DNA of 64,000 nt from an uncultured Bacteroidota bacterium (lineage in GTDB: Bacteria; Bacteroidota; Bacteroidia; Bacteroidales; UBA10428), in contig CAVTDR010000006.1 in NCBI GenBank assembly GCA_963733535.1, positions 1,505,348 to 1,569,347 on the forward strand. Direction: 5' to 3'. Positions 46,592 to 56,834 of the stretch are shown here, one piece after another. A model generated the notes under the pieces. The model did no database searches, was not told where the DNA came from, and saw only the letters and a program-made list of their open reading frames with translations. The position numbers and the translations under genes are program-made. Every line of letters starts with the position of its first letter. Positions within the stretch are counted from its first letter, which is position 1.

Positions 46592-47884
46592 CTACCTTTC
46601 CTGCTCTTTAAACAATCCGATATATTTTGAAAAAAGAAGGATGACCACGATACCTATAATCATATGTCCTGCAAGTACAAACCATGTATATTCAGGATGT
46701 CCCAGGTTTTCAAAATAACTGGAAATCCAGGACGTATAAATAAACCCGCTGCAAAGCCCGCCTATGCCGATTGCAAGAAAATTCGATCCCATATATAAGC
46801 CTGCTTTCTCGGGAGGCGCTATCCAGGTAATATACTCCTGAATACGCGGAGAACTGATCATTTCACCAAATGCCACAAGCATAACACCGGGGAATACCAA
46901 TACCGGATTATATATTGCCGACAATGCCAGAAAAACAAATCCCAGACTTAATACAAACAAACCAGATACAAAGGAGGATACAGGTTTGAAGCGCTCAAAA
47001 ATCAAGGATATAAAAAACTGGAAAACAATAATCACCCAACCGGTATGAGATATGGTTTCGCCCAGTACCTTCCGTACGCCATTGTAATCTTTTGATAAAA
47101 AATGGGCAACATGTGTACCCGCAAATGCCCTAATGTCTTCATACAATCGGTGTCCGTCGAGAAAATTTTCGACAAACCGGGGACAAAGATTAAAAAACGA
47201 CCAGAAGGGAAGCCAGAAAAATAGTCCCAGTAATATCAGAAATGAGGAAAATTTCAGGTTGGAAAGGGCATCGCCCATATCCCTGAATTTCTTTTTCAGC
47301 GTTTCTCCCTGGATTTCCCGTTTGGGTTCCTTATAAAAAAACAGCGTAATGAAAAACATGACTCCTACAGCAACAGCGCCGGCTATATATGCCTTTTCCC
47401 ATGAGTCGGAGCGAAGGCTTCCCATAATTAAAGGGCCAAAAGATGCGCCAATGTTTACCATCGCATAAAAAATACCAAAACCAATAGTACGGTTGGTTCC
47501 ATCGCTAACAACGCGAACGGTTCCGGATATCAGCGGTTTAAATATTCCTGCAGCCAGGGCAATGCTTAACATAGCCAGGGCAATGCCTGAAAACGAATGG
47601 GTGATAATCAGCAATAAAATGGCAGGAAGATATGCCAAATAGGATATCAGTAACATTTTGCGAAAACCGTAGCGATCGGCAAAAGTCCCTGAGAAAATGG
47701 GTATTATATAAGATATAAATAGGAATATGCTTTGAATGAATCCCAGCTGTTCGGTAGTGTATCCCAGAATCTGGAAATAAATTCCAAATCCCATGTAAAT
47801 TCCATAATATGCAAAACGTTCAAAAATTTCAACAGTATTGGCAATCCAGAAAACCGGGGGAAAGGCTGAACGTTTATTTTTCAT
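46592..47884 (-). CDS. POT/PTR2-type MFS (peptide:H+ symporter family) transporter
   Basis: The tracked ORF extends to 47947, and the likely start is MKNKRSAFPP at 47884. It carries EIFERFAYYG, which fits the ExxERFxYY POT motif. Confidence 0.75.
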   Translation of the reverse strand: MKNKRSAFPPVFWIANTVEIFERFAYYGIYMGFGIYFQILGYTTEQLGFIQSIFLFISYIIPIFSGTFADRYGFRKMLLISYLAYLPAILLLIITHSFSGIALAMLSIALAAGIFKPLISGTVRVVSDGTNRTIGFGIFYAMVNIGASFGPLIMGSLRSDSWEKAYIAGAVAVGVMFFITLFFYKEPKREIQGETLKKKFRDMGDALSNLKFSSFLILLGLFFWLPFWSFFNLCPRFVENFLDGHRLYEDIRAFAGTHVAHFLSKDYNGVRKVLGETISHTGWVIIVFQFFISLIFERFKPVSSFVSGLFVLSLGFVFLALSAIYNPVLVFPGVMLVAFGEMISSPRIQEYITWIAPPEKAGLYMGSNFLAIGIGGLCSGFIYTSWISSYFENLGHPEYTWFVLAGHMIIGIVVILLFSKYIGLFKEQER

Positions 47885-47989
47885 AACTACAGAGGATTCA
47901 GATTCATACAGAATTACTTTCCATTTCGCTGAGCGGAAAGATAACAAAAATCATGGATCATCCTGCAACAAAATAAGGCGAATTGATTC

Positions 47990-48691
47990 TTAATTACCTT
48001 GTTTTACCTCAAGTCGGAATCCTGTATTATGAATATTTACGATGGAAACGGAAGGGTCACCTCCCAGCATTTTTCTTAGTTTGGTAATGTATACGTCCAT
48101 ACTGCGGCCCATAAAGTAATCATCCTCGCCCCAAATAGTTTTAAGGGCCAGGTCTCTGCGTAAAATGTTATTCATGTTGAGACACAACAGGCGTAATAAT
48201 TCGGCTTCTCTTTTGGTAAGCTGGCGCTCCTCGTGGGAGTTCGACAAAATATGGTTGGCATAGTTAAACGTATACCTGCCAATGGCAAATATGCTTAGCG
48301 TACTGTCTGTATTTTTTCTGATTCTTCTGAGTATGGCATTGATTCGCAATTTCAGTTCTTCGGTGCTAAAGGGTTTGGTAATATAATCATCGGCTCCGAT
48401 TCGAAATCCCTTTAATTTATCCTCCTTCATAGCGCGGGCTGTAAGGAAAATGATCGGCGTTTCACAATCCTTTTTTCGAATTTCTTCAGCAACTGTAAAT
48501 CCATCCAATAGCGGAAGCATGATATCGAGGAGTACAAGATCAAAAACACCATTGTTAAATTCGCGGAGACCTTCTTTTCCGTCTTCTTTAAGGATTACCT
48601 GATAGCCCGACATTTCGAGAAAATCGCGGATCACAATTCCCAGATTCTTATCATCTTCTACCAGTAATATGGTACCTTTCGATTGACGCAT
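47990..48691 (-). CDS. OmpR/PhoB family response regulator
   Basis: It has a receiver domain (ILLVEDDKNL...DLVLLDIMLP) and a winged-helix C-terminal domain. Confidence 0.9.
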   Translation of the reverse strand: MRQSKGTILLVEDDKNLGIVIRDFLEMSGYQVILKEDGKEGLREFNNGVFDLVLLDIMLPLLDGFTVAEEIRKKDCETPIIFLTARAMKEDKLKGFRIGADDYITKPFSTEELKLRINAILRRIRKNTDSTLSIFAIGRYTFNYANHILSNSHEERQLTKREAELLRLLCLNMNNILRRDLALKTIWGEDDYFMGRSMDVYITKLRKMLGGDPSVSIVNIHNTGFRLEVKQGN

Positions 48692-48695
48692 TATT

Positions 48696-49991
48696 TCAAG
48701 TTTTTACCACTGAGAGACTCGGTAGGTAAACATCAAAGCAACTGCCTTTGTTCAGTTCGCTTGTTACTTTAATAATACCTCCATGGGCCTCCGTCATTAT
48801 TTTGGCATAATACAATCCCAGTCCGAAACCCTTTACATTGTGCACATTGCCCGTAGGCACCCTATAGAATTTTGTAAAGATATGCTTGAGTGCATCGCGG
48901 CTTATGCCAATCCCTTTATCCATAATTGAAATGAGTACGCCATCATCATGATTGCTGGTCCTGACAGTGAGTTCAGGTGTTCCCGTAGAATATTTCAGCG
49001 CATTTTCCGTAATATTTGAAATAATGCTGCTTACATACATCATATCGGCTTGAAGAATGGGATCTGAGGCTTCCAGCTGGTAATGAACATTTACATTATG
49101 CTCGCTCTTTTCGAGGCAAATATTAGGTACTATCGCATATATGAGTTTGTGCAGATCGAATGATTCAATATTCATTTTAATTTGCTGATGATCTTGCTGG
49201 GCTATTTCCAATACCCTTTCAATCTGTCTTCTCATCCGCTCATTTTCATCATGGATAATCTGCGCATAATTTCTAATGCGTTCCGCATTTGTTTTCGGAC
49301 TCGATTTCATCAAAACTTCGGTGGCTAAAGCAATAGTTGAAACCGGAGTTTTAAATTCATGGGTGACATTATTAATGAAATCGTTCTTTATTTCAGACAA
49401 TTTCTTTTGCCTCAGGTAGGTAAAAATAATGATGGCAACACCGCCTGATATAACAATCAGAAAAAGGAGTGTGAGGCTGATCCAAACCACCTGCTGAAGC
49501 ATGATGGCCCTGATTTTTGTGGGGAAGAACAGAGAAAGGTGGTAATAATCATCTTTTACGATGCACGAAAGACAAGCCTTATATGGAGCAGGGTGTTTGA
49601 ATTTTTCAGGAAAGCCGGATGATTTATGTATGATGGAATCGTTTGAAGATTTAAAAATCGCATAATAATAGGGTTCATCCAGTCGGTGATAGGTTGTGTA
49701 TTTTTTAATTAAATAATCCAGAAAAACGGTATCTATTTTTTGCAATCCGGAATGATTCATATAGCACATGGTGCTGTTATGGCTGTGGCCGGAATGCGAA
49801 GTTAAGTCAGGGTCGCTCAACTCCTTCAGTACATCAGTTAACGCATTATCAGCACGGTGGTCAAATTGCTTTTCTGCCAGCTTAATTTCCTCGCGTATCC
49901 AGAAAGCCTGAGTAAACACCAGTCCCAACAAGGCAGCGCATGATATATATATTATTATTTTAAAATGGGTCGGACGCATACTGTATAACAA
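48696..49991 (-). CDS. Sensor histidine kinase (HisKA/HATPase_c)
   Basis: It has two TMs, the H-box HEFKTPVSTI, the N-box ITENALKYS, G1 DKGIGI and G2 GFGLGL. Confidence 0.85.
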   Translation of the reverse strand: MLYSMRPTHFKIIIYISCAALLGLVFTQAFWIREEIKLAEKQFDHRADNALTDVLKELSDPDLTSHSGHSHNSTMCYMNHSGLQKIDTVFLDYLIKKYTTYHRLDEPYYYAIFKSSNDSIIHKSSGFPEKFKHPAPYKACLSCIVKDDYYHLSLFFPTKIRAIMLQQVVWISLTLLFLIVISGGVAIIIFTYLRQKKLSEIKNDFINNVTHEFKTPVSTIALATEVLMKSSPKTNAERIRNYAQIIHDENERMRRQIERVLEIAQQDHQQIKMNIESFDLHKLIYAIVPNICLEKSEHNVNVHYQLEASDPILQADMMYVSSIISNITENALKYSTGTPELTVRTSNHDDGVLISIMDKGIGISRDALKHIFTKFYRVPTGNVHNVKGFGLGLYYAKIMTEAHGGIIKVTSELNKGSCFDVYLPSLSVVKT

Positions 49992-50067
49992 GTACAGCGC
50001 GAATTTAACACAAAATGAGGTTGTTTTGAAATTTTAACAAAGATTTAACCCGAACGTTGAGGCGCGA

Positions 50068-50631
50068 TTACTTTTTGTTGTAAAAATTCATCGTTCGTTC
50101 GATACCCAGCGTTCCGAAACCCTGAATAATTTCATGGCAAATGGAGATGCGTTCAGGTAAAAGGGAAGCTTGTTCATTGGTCCATGGTCCAAGTACATAA
50201 TCAACCTGAGTTCCATAAGGGAAATCGCTGCCGATTCCAAAACGCAGGCGCGCAAAATTATCGTGTTCCAGGGATTCAATAATACTGGTAAGTCCGTTAT
50301 GCCCGCCATCGCCGCCTTTGGCCCTTAGTCTGATGGTGCCAAAGGGTAGAGACAGTTCGTCAATAATTACCAGGAGATTTTCAACAGGAATAGATTCTTT
50401 TTGAAGCCAATAGTTTACCGCTTTGCCACTTAAATTCACATACGTATTTGGCTTGAGGAGTACAAAAGTCCTTCCTTTAAATTTATACTCTGCAGTAGCC
50501 CCGTATCGTTTATCGCTAAATACAATACCAGATGCTTTTGCTAAAGCATCCAGTATTGTAAATCCTATATTGTGACGGGTGTTGTGGTATTCTTCACCAA
50601 CATTACCCAGTCCTGCAACCAGGTATTTCAC
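50068..50631 (-). CDS. pth: Peptidyl-tRNA hydrolase
   Basis: The N-terminus is MKYLVAGLGNVGEEYHNTRHNIGF, in 187 aa. Confidence 0.9.
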   Translation of the reverse strand: MKYLVAGLGNVGEEYHNTRHNIGFTILDALAKASGIVFSDKRYGATAEYKFKGRTFVLLKPNTYVNLSGKAVNYWLQKESIPVENLLVIIDELSLPFGTIRLRAKGGDGGHNGLTSIIESLEHDNFARLRFGIGSDFPYGTQVDYVLGPWTNEQASLLPERISICHEIIQGFGTLGIERTMNFYNKK

Positions 50632-50642
50632 AGTCAGTCAGA

Positions 50643-51299
50643 TTATTTCTTCTGTTCAGCCGGAGCACCTGCAGCCGGAGCAGCACCTGCAGCGGGAGCA
50701 GCAGCACCTTCAGCCGGAGTAGCGCCTTCAGTTGCCTCACCCATACCTTTAGAGGCAGCACGGGCAGAGATAACGCCAACAACAAGAGAGCGGGCAGGTT
50801 CGAGAATTTCTACTGAATCATATGTCAAATCACTGGTTAATACTGCACCACCAATATCCAGATCACTGATGTCGATAACCAATTCATCGGGGAGTTTATT
50901 GATCAGCCCTTTTACTTTAATATATCTTTTTCTTTGTCTGAGTTTTCCTCCAGCACGGATACCTACTGAATTCCCTGTGATTTCAACAGGAAGGTCAATG
51001 ATAATCGGTTTTTTCGGATCTACTTCAATAAAATCAATATGGTTAATAATGTCGGATACCGGATGAAACTGAATTTCTTTCATCACAGCAATATGACTGT
51101 TTCCGTCAATGTTCAAATTAACTGCATATACATGCTGTGTGTAAACCAAATCTTTAAATGCACGCTCTTCAGCAGAAAAATGAATGGTTTCCTTACCACC
51201 GTAAAGTACGCAGGGTACCAATTTATTTCTTCTCAGGTTTTTGGAGTCTTTTTTCCCTGTTGCTTGTCTCAGGGAGGCTTTTAATTCAAAAGTTTTCAT
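50643..51299 (-). CDS. rplY: 50S ribosomal protein L25/general stress protein Ctc, with Ala/Pro/Gly-rich C-terminal tail
   Basis: It has the Ctc-type two-domain L25 layout (LRRNKLVPCVLYGG...). The tail reads GEATEGATPAEGAAAPAAGAAPAAGAPAEQKK. Confidence 0.9.
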   Translation of the reverse strand: MKTFELKASLRQATGKKDSKNLRRNKLVPCVLYGGKETIHFSAEERAFKDLVYTQHVYAVNLNIDGNSHIAVMKEIQFHPVSDIINHIDFIEVDPKKPIIIDLPVEITGNSVGIRAGGKLRQRKRYIKVKGLINKLPDELVIDISDLDIGGAVLTSDLTYDSVEILEPARSLVVGVISARAASKGMGEATEGATPAEGAAAPAAGAAPAAGAPAEQKK

Positions 51300-51463
51300 T
51301 TTAGAAAATTAAACAATTAATAATTGTGCTACTTGGAATTCCCCGGATTTTCCGGATTCCCCATTACACCATTGTTTAATAAAACAACAGTGGATAAAAA
51401 GGAGGGCAAAGATAGAAATTTATTTTATACGAAAAAATAATCCTGACAGGATGCGGTAATCGA

Positions 51464-52402
51464 TTACATGATAAAGTTTTCGGTAATCGATTTGTATTTG
51501 TACACTTTATGGATTACATCAGCAAACAGGTCGGCAATGGTTAATACCTTTATTTTATCGGAATGACCCCTAAGTGGTATGGTATCAGTAACTACAACTT
51601 CGGTAATCTGAGAATTCTGAATCCTTTCATAAGCAGGGCCTGACAATACAGGGTGGGAACAAACTACCCTGACGCTGCGGGCTCCTTCTTCCATCATCAG
51701 TTTCGATGCAAGGCATATGGTACCGGCTGTGTCGATCATGTCGTCCACAATAACAATATTTTTGTCCTTAATATCCCCGATAACTCTGATCTCTTCTACT
51801 ACATTGGCCTTTTTTCGCACTTTATAGCAGATTACCATTTCGCAATTCAGGAAACGGGAGTATACATTGGCTCTTTTTGTACCACCCATATCGGGTGCGG
51901 CGATAACCAGGTTTTCAAGATCCAGGCTCTTAATATAGGGAACAAATATGGTAGATCCGTAAAGATGATCAACGGGTACATTGAAAAAACCCTGTATCTG
52001 GTCGGCGTGTAAATCCATAGTCATTACCCGGTCGGCTCCTGCCGTGGTAAGAATGTCAGCAACCAGCTTAGCACCAATGCTACATCTAGGCCGGTCTTTT
52101 CTATCCTGACGTGCCAGGCCCAGATAAGGCATTACCGCAATAACCTGATATGCGGAGGCTCTTTTTGCGGCATCAATAAGCAACAACAGTTCCATTAAAT
52201 TATCTGCAGGAGGAAAAGTAGATTGAATGATGCAAACGATACATCCACGGACCGACTCTTCAAAATAAGGCTGAAATTCGCCATCACTGAACTCGAGAAC
52301 GGATGTTTTACCCAACTCGGTTCCATAACTTTTGGTGATTTTTTCGGCCAAATAATGGGATGCGCGGCCAGAGAAGAATTTAATGGGAGCTTTAATTTTC
52401 AT
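51464..52402 (-). CDS. prs: Ribose-phosphate pyrophosphokinase
   Basis: It contains DLHADQIQGFF and the PRPP-binding loop VIVDDMIDTAGT, in 312 aa. Confidence 0.9.
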   Translation of the reverse strand: MKIKAPIKFFSGRASHYLAEKITKSYGTELGKTSVLEFSDGEFQPYFEESVRGCIVCIIQSTFPPADNLMELLLLIDAAKRASAYQVIAVMPYLGLARQDRKDRPRCSIGAKLVADILTTAGADRVMTMDLHADQIQGFFNVPVDHLYGSTIFVPYIKSLDLENLVIAAPDMGGTKRANVYSRFLNCEMVICYKVRKKANVVEEIRVIGDIKDKNIVIVDDMIDTAGTICLASKLMMEEGARSVRVVCSHPVLSGPAYERIQNSQITEVVVTDTIPLRGHSDKIKVLTIADLFADVIHKVYKYKSITENFIM

Positions 52403-52428
52403 TCGTGCACTTCCTGATTAAGGTGATG

Positions 52429-52436
52429 CAAATGTA
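52429..52436 (-). promoter_or_regulatory. Candidate -7 promoter box (TAnnTTTG) for prs
   Basis: On the minus strand, TACATTTG lies 27 nt upstream of the prs ATG. Confidence 0.4.
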
Positions 52437-52515
52437 AAAAATATCCGCTCAACATGAAGCGCGATTGAATCATTTTGATTGAAATAATATTTTGCAACTG
52501 TCAGAAGGTTGATTC

Positions 52516-53121
52516 TTATGATTTTGCAAAGTGAGCATTACTTTTTTCAATAAAGGCAAGGATTTCGTCGCTTCCTGTTCTTTTTGCCGATGAAGTTACA
52601 AATATCGGAGGCAGCTCTTCCCATATTTCCAGTAGTTTATTTCGATAATTCATGATTTGAGCTGCAGCTGCTGTGGACGATACTTTGTCCTTTTTTGTAA
52701 AAGCCAACGCCAGTGGGATACCTGCATTACCTGCACGATTTATAAAATCAAGATCGCTTTGCAGGGGCTTATGACGGATATCCACTAAAACAAAAAGACA
52801 TGCCAGCGTAGTGCGATGCAACAGGAAATCTTCCAGAATGCTTTTAAAGGCATCTCGCTTTTGTTTACCAGCCCGGGCATATCCGTATCCCGGTAAATCT
52901 ACCAGATACCAGCTATTGTTTACAAGATAATGATTAATCAACCTGGTTTTTCCCGGTGTTGAGGAAGTTTTGGCGAGATTATGGGTGTTTACTAAAAAAT
53001 TAAGGAGCGATGATTTTCCTACGTTTGACCGTCCCGCAAATGCATATTCCGGTGGGCCTTCTTTAGGACAACTTTTCAGATCGGGACTACTTTTGATAAA
53101 TTCTACACTGGCTATATCCAT
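52516..53121 (-). CDS. engB: Ribosome biogenesis GTP-binding protein YihA/EngB
   Basis: It has G1 GRSNVGKSSL, G3 DLPGYG and G4 TKKD. Confidence 0.9.
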   Translation of the reverse strand: MDIASVEFIKSSPDLKSCPKEGPPEYAFAGRSNVGKSSLLNFLVNTHNLAKTSSTPGKTRLINHYLVNNSWYLVDLPGYGYARAGKQKRDAFKSILEDFLLHRTTLACLFVLVDIRHKPLQSDLDFINRAGNAGIPLALAFTKKDKVSSTAAAAQIMNYRNKLLEIWEELPPIFVTSSAKRTGSDEILAFIEKSNAHFAKS

Positions 53122-53133
53122 ATTTTTTTATTG

Positions 53134-54129
53134 TCAGGAGTGAGGGGTGTTACCAATAAATACTTCGAGAAAGGCAGCGTGCTGATCCGGAATAATTTCC
53201 AGCTTCTTTAATTCTGCCGGAATAAGTACGGTTTCGCCTTTTGTAACTTTTTCGTTTTCAGAGTCATAATACTTAATTTGGAAAGACCCGTTCAGGCAGA
53301 TATATATCACAAATGAATCCAGCAAATGATAATCCATACGAAGGGGAGTCGAAATATCATGGTAGTTGGTGGTGAAGTAATCACAGGATACCACATGATT
53401 GCGTTTTCCTTTTTCTCGGGTATAGGTTGTTTTGAATGAATCCACCGGTTTGAAATCTATGGCTTCCAGTGCTTTTTCAGTATGCAATTCACGTGGATGG
53501 CCCTGATCATCCACCCGGTCATAATCATAAATCCGCAATGTGGCGTCTGATGTTTGCTGAATCTCAGCAAGCAATATACCTGCACCTATAGCGTGAATGC
53601 GGCCTGCGGGCAGAAAAAAAACATCGCCCGGGACAACAGTTTCTTTATTCAGAATATCATCCAGTGTTTTGTTATCCAGGTGTTGTTGATATTTAACGGC
53701 ATCAACGGGTTGATTGAATCCTGCAATTATTTCAACATTTTTTTCTGCCTCAATAATATACCACATCTCCGTTTTGCCATAGGAACTGAATTGCTTTTCG
53801 GCAAGTGGATCATTCGGATGTACCTGAACGGACAAACGGTCATTTGCATCAATAAACTTTATCAGCAAAGGAAATAAGGTTCCGAATTGATCAAAAATCC
53901 GGTCGCCTACCAAATCACCCATATATACCTCAATCATTTCCTCAAGTGTATTTCCTGATAAAAATCCATTACGCACCTTGGAAACATCACCCGGGAATCC
54001 ACTTATTTCCCAGCTTTCACCTGCTTTATTGGTCTTTGTTTTTTTACCGAGAATATCATGGAGCCTTGTTCCTCCCCATATTTTATCTTTAATAACAGGT
54101 TTAAACTTCAGTGGATACAAACGATTCAT
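53134..54129 (-). CDS. manA: Class I mannose-6-phosphate isomerase (cupin type)
   Basis: The tracked ORF extends to 54162, and the likely start is MNRLYPLKFKPVIKDKIWGG at 54129. It contains the SVQVHPND zinc-site motif. Confidence 0.8.
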   Translation of the reverse strand: MNRLYPLKFKPVIKDKIWGGTRLHDILGKKTKTNKAGESWEISGFPGDVSKVRNGFLSGNTLEEMIEVYMGDLVGDRIFDQFGTLFPLLIKFIDANDRLSVQVHPNDPLAEKQFSSYGKTEMWYIIEAEKNVEIIAGFNQPVDAVKYQQHLDNKTLDDILNKETVVPGDVFFLPAGRIHAIGAGILLAEIQQTSDATLRIYDYDRVDDQGHPRELHTEKALEAIDFKPVDSFKTTYTREKGKRNHVVSCDYFTTNYHDISTPLRMDYHLLDSFVIYICLNGSFQIKYYDSENEKVTKGETVLIPAELKKLEIIPDQHAAFLEVFIGNTPHS

Positions 54130-54221
54130 GTTAAACAGTTTAATGTGTTTTGATAAATGCACGAAAAATTCGTAAATTATACCAGCATTTGTGCAAAAGT
54201 AGCTATTCTTGAAACAACCCT

Positions 54222-54947
54222 ATGTTAGAACAATTAAAAATCGGGAATATTCTGTTTATAGATATTGAAACAGTTCCTGGTTATGCGTCTTATCATGATT
54301 TACCGGAAGCATGGAAGGTGCTCTGGGATAAAAAGGCTTCCTACTTCCGGAAGAATGAGGAATCCCCCGAAGAGTCCTATGCGAATGCAGGTATATACGC
54401 CGAATTTGGAAAGATTGTCTGCATAAGTACGGGCATGATCGGGTTACAGGAAAATGATCGGGTACTTCGGATTAAATCGTTTTATGGCACCATGGAGGCT
54501 GATTTGCTCAGATCATTTGCCGATTTGGTAAACCGGTTGTTTCTGAAGCGTGAAATCGTATTATGTGCACACAATGGAAAGGAATTTGATTTCCCTTATA
54601 TTGCCCGCCGAATGGTCATTCAAGGAATTGCATTGCCTGCTATTTTTGACACTGCAGGAAAGCGTCCCTGGGAAGTAGGGCATATTGATACTATGGAATT
54701 ATGGAAATTCGGAGATCATAAACATTATACCTCGCTGAATTTACTGGCATCTGTGTTTCAAATCGACAGTCCCAAATCAGATATTGATGGAAGTCAGGTT
54801 TCAAACGTGTTTTGGAAGGATATGGATGTTACGCGAATTGTTCAATATTGTCGCCGTGATGTAATTACTGTGGCTCAACTTATTCTTAAATTTAAAGGCG
54901 AACCTGTCTTAACCGAAAATAATATTATTGTGCTGGATAATCTGTAA
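54222..54947 (+). CDS. RNase H-like 3'-5' exonuclease domain protein
   Basis: It contains ILFIDIET (ExoI-like DxE), AHNGKEFDFPYI and YCRRDV, which are DEDD-type exonuclease motifs. Confidence 0.65.
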   Translation: MLEQLKIGNILFIDIETVPGYASYHDLPEAWKVLWDKKASYFRKNEESPEESYANAGIYAEFGKIVCISTGMIGLQENDRVLRIKSFYGTMEADLLRSFADLVNRLFLKREIVLCAHNGKEFDFPYIARRMVIQGIALPAIFDTAGKRPWEVGHIDTMELWKFGDHKHYTSLNLLASVFQIDSPKSDIDGSQVSNVFWKDMDVTRIVQYCRRDVITVAQLILKFKGEPVLTENNIIVLDNL

Positions 54948-55020
54948 AATCTGCTTATCAAAGAAATCGTGAAACGAAAATAAATGTATATTCACCCTAC
55001 AAATTTAAGATTAGCATTCC

Positions 55021-56271
55021 ATGAATATCCGTATCCTTTCATTTGCCCTGCTATCCTCGCTTACCCTATCTGTTAGTTTACCTGTAACTGCTCAGGTTAA
55101 AGCCTATTTCCGGGAGTCTAAACCTGGCTTTTTTCAAACCTCTATTTTGAAAGATGACCGGGAAGTGGATGCGCGTACCCATCCGGAACCTCCCCGAAGC
55201 GTATTTGCAGCTGATTTATCGGCTTTATCGCTGCCTAATAAAAAGGATCTCTATACAAATCAGCAATGGCACTTTCCTCCCATTTCACAGGGTAATACCG
55301 GCACCTGCTGGTGTTTTTCCACCACCTCATTCATAGAATCAGAGGTATACCGGATCAACAAAATACAGGTGAAGATATCAGAAATGTATACTGTATATTG
55401 GGAATATGTAGAAAAGGCCCGGCGCTATATCGCTGAACGCGGTAAATCTGAATTCGGTGAAGGCTCAGAAGCCAATGCAAACACAAGAATATGGATCAAA
55501 TATGGTGCTGTTCCTGCTGAGGTATATACCGGACTGCTGAATGGTCGTATTTATCACAATCATGAGGTGATGGTTCAGGAAATGACAGATTTTCTCGAAT
55601 CGCTCAAAGCCAATTCAGCCTGGGATGATGAAACAGCCTTAATTACCATAAAGTCCATCCTGAATCATTATATGGGCGTACCCCCTAAAGAAGTGCTTGT
55701 AAATGGCAAAAAATATACGCCTCAATTATATCTTAAGGAAGTTTTACGCATCAACCCTGACGACTATGTGGACATTCTGTCCTATATGCAGGAACCCTTC
55801 TATAAAAAGGTGGAATATAAAGTACCTGATAATTGGTGGCACAGCAGTGATTATTATAATGTTCCACTGGATGTATATATGGCAACACTTAAAGAAATCG
55901 TACGAAAAGGTTATACGGTAAGTATTGGCGGTGATGTATCTGAACCCGGTTTTGACCGGTATACGCAATGTGCTGTAATTCCTGATTTCGACATACCATC
56001 CGCATATATTAATGATGATTCAAGGCAATTCCGTTTTACCAATAAAACCACAACAGATGATCATGGTATGCATCTGGTGGGATATTTGGAAAAAGAGGGA
56101 AAGGACTGGTATCTCATTAAAGATTCAAGTTCAGGTTCAAGAAATAATGATTCCACAGCAAGTGAATTCGGATATTATTTTTTTTCAGAGGATTATGTGA
56201 AGCTCAAAATGATGGATTTTATGGTGCATAAGGATGCGGTTCAGGATTTGCTGAAAAAGTTCACCCCTTGA
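55021..56271 (+). CDS. C1 family cysteine peptidase (aminopeptidase C/bleomycin-hydrolase-like), secreted
   Basis: It has a signal peptide ending ...LPVTAQ, the catalytic Cys context QGNTGTCWCFS and the His context DDHGMHLVGY. Confidence 0.8.
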   Translation: MNIRILSFALLSSLTLSVSLPVTAQVKAYFRESKPGFFQTSILKDDREVDARTHPEPPRSVFAADLSALSLPNKKDLYTNQQWHFPPISQGNTGTCWCFSTTSFIESEVYRINKIQVKISEMYTVYWEYVEKARRYIAERGKSEFGEGSEANANTRIWIKYGAVPAEVYTGLLNGRIYHNHEVMVQEMTDFLESLKANSAWDDETALITIKSILNHYMGVPPKEVLVNGKKYTPQLYLKEVLRINPDDYVDILSYMQEPFYKKVEYKVPDNWWHSSDYYNVPLDVYMATLKEIVRKGYTVSIGGDVSEPGFDRYTQCAVIPDFDIPSAYINDDSRQFRFTNKTTTDDHGMHLVGYLEKEGKDWYLIKDSSSGSRNNDSTASEFGYYFFSEDYVKLKMMDFMVHKDAVQDLLKKFTP

Positions 56272-56305
56272 TTTTGGCATACCCATACTATTAAATACCC
56301 TTATT

Positions 56306-56716
56306 ATGAAGTTTATTGACATCCAAAGAACGGATAAAACCCCTGAAATAATTCTCGATACCGACAAACGTTTGTTTCAGATCAAAGGAAACTGTTTGCC
56401 GGAAAATATTCGTGATTTTAGCGTTGAAGTGACCAGCAAATACGAGCAATTTCTTCGTCAATCATCAGCAGAACCCATTCATGAAGAGCATCCCGATGCA
56501 TTCAGGGTTCATTTCCGGCTGGGTTATTTTAATTCAGCAGCTGCCAAGTTTATTGCCGATATCATGATCATTTCCGGAAATTATATTGCAAAAGGATTCA
56601 ATATAAGATTATACTGGTATTTTGAAGAAGACGACCATGATATGCTAGAAGCCGGAGAAGAAATTTCTCAGATGGTGAGTGTTCCCATGGAATTTATTAC
56701 CATAGTTAAAGAATAG
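56306..56716 (+). CDS. DUF1987 (SiaC-like) domain protein
   Basis: The 136-aa protein begins MKFIDIQRTDKTPEIILDTDKRLFQIKGNCLPENIRDF, which matches the DUF1987 N-terminal pattern I recall. Confidence 0.65.
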   Translation: MKFIDIQRTDKTPEIILDTDKRLFQIKGNCLPENIRDFSVEVTSKYEQFLRQSSAEPIHEEHPDAFRVHFRLGYFNSAAAKFIADIMIISGNYIAKGFNIRLYWYFEEDDHDMLEAGEEISQMVSVPMEFITIVKE

Positions 56717-56834
56717 CGGGCATATCTACTTTCCTCTTTTAATATGCCGTTTTCATGCGGGAGCTGATATTTATTAGCTGGTTTTCGTTTTTATTTATAT
56801 ACTTTTAATATTTGCCAAAAAATTAAGGGATCTC

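Noticed and set aside
50572-51066. 164-aa plus-strand ORF with an AGAPAAGAAPAAGAAAPSAG low-complexity region
   Set aside because: It is the antisense reading of the L25/Ctc gene and its GC-rich Ala/Pro tail. It is an artefact of the repeat, not a gene.
51389-51397. DnaA-box-like 9-mer (AGTGGATAA, 8/9 match to TGTGGATAA)
   Set aside because: It is a single isolated copy with no cluster, no AT-rich unwinding element and no dnaA/dnaN context. It is not evidence for an origin.
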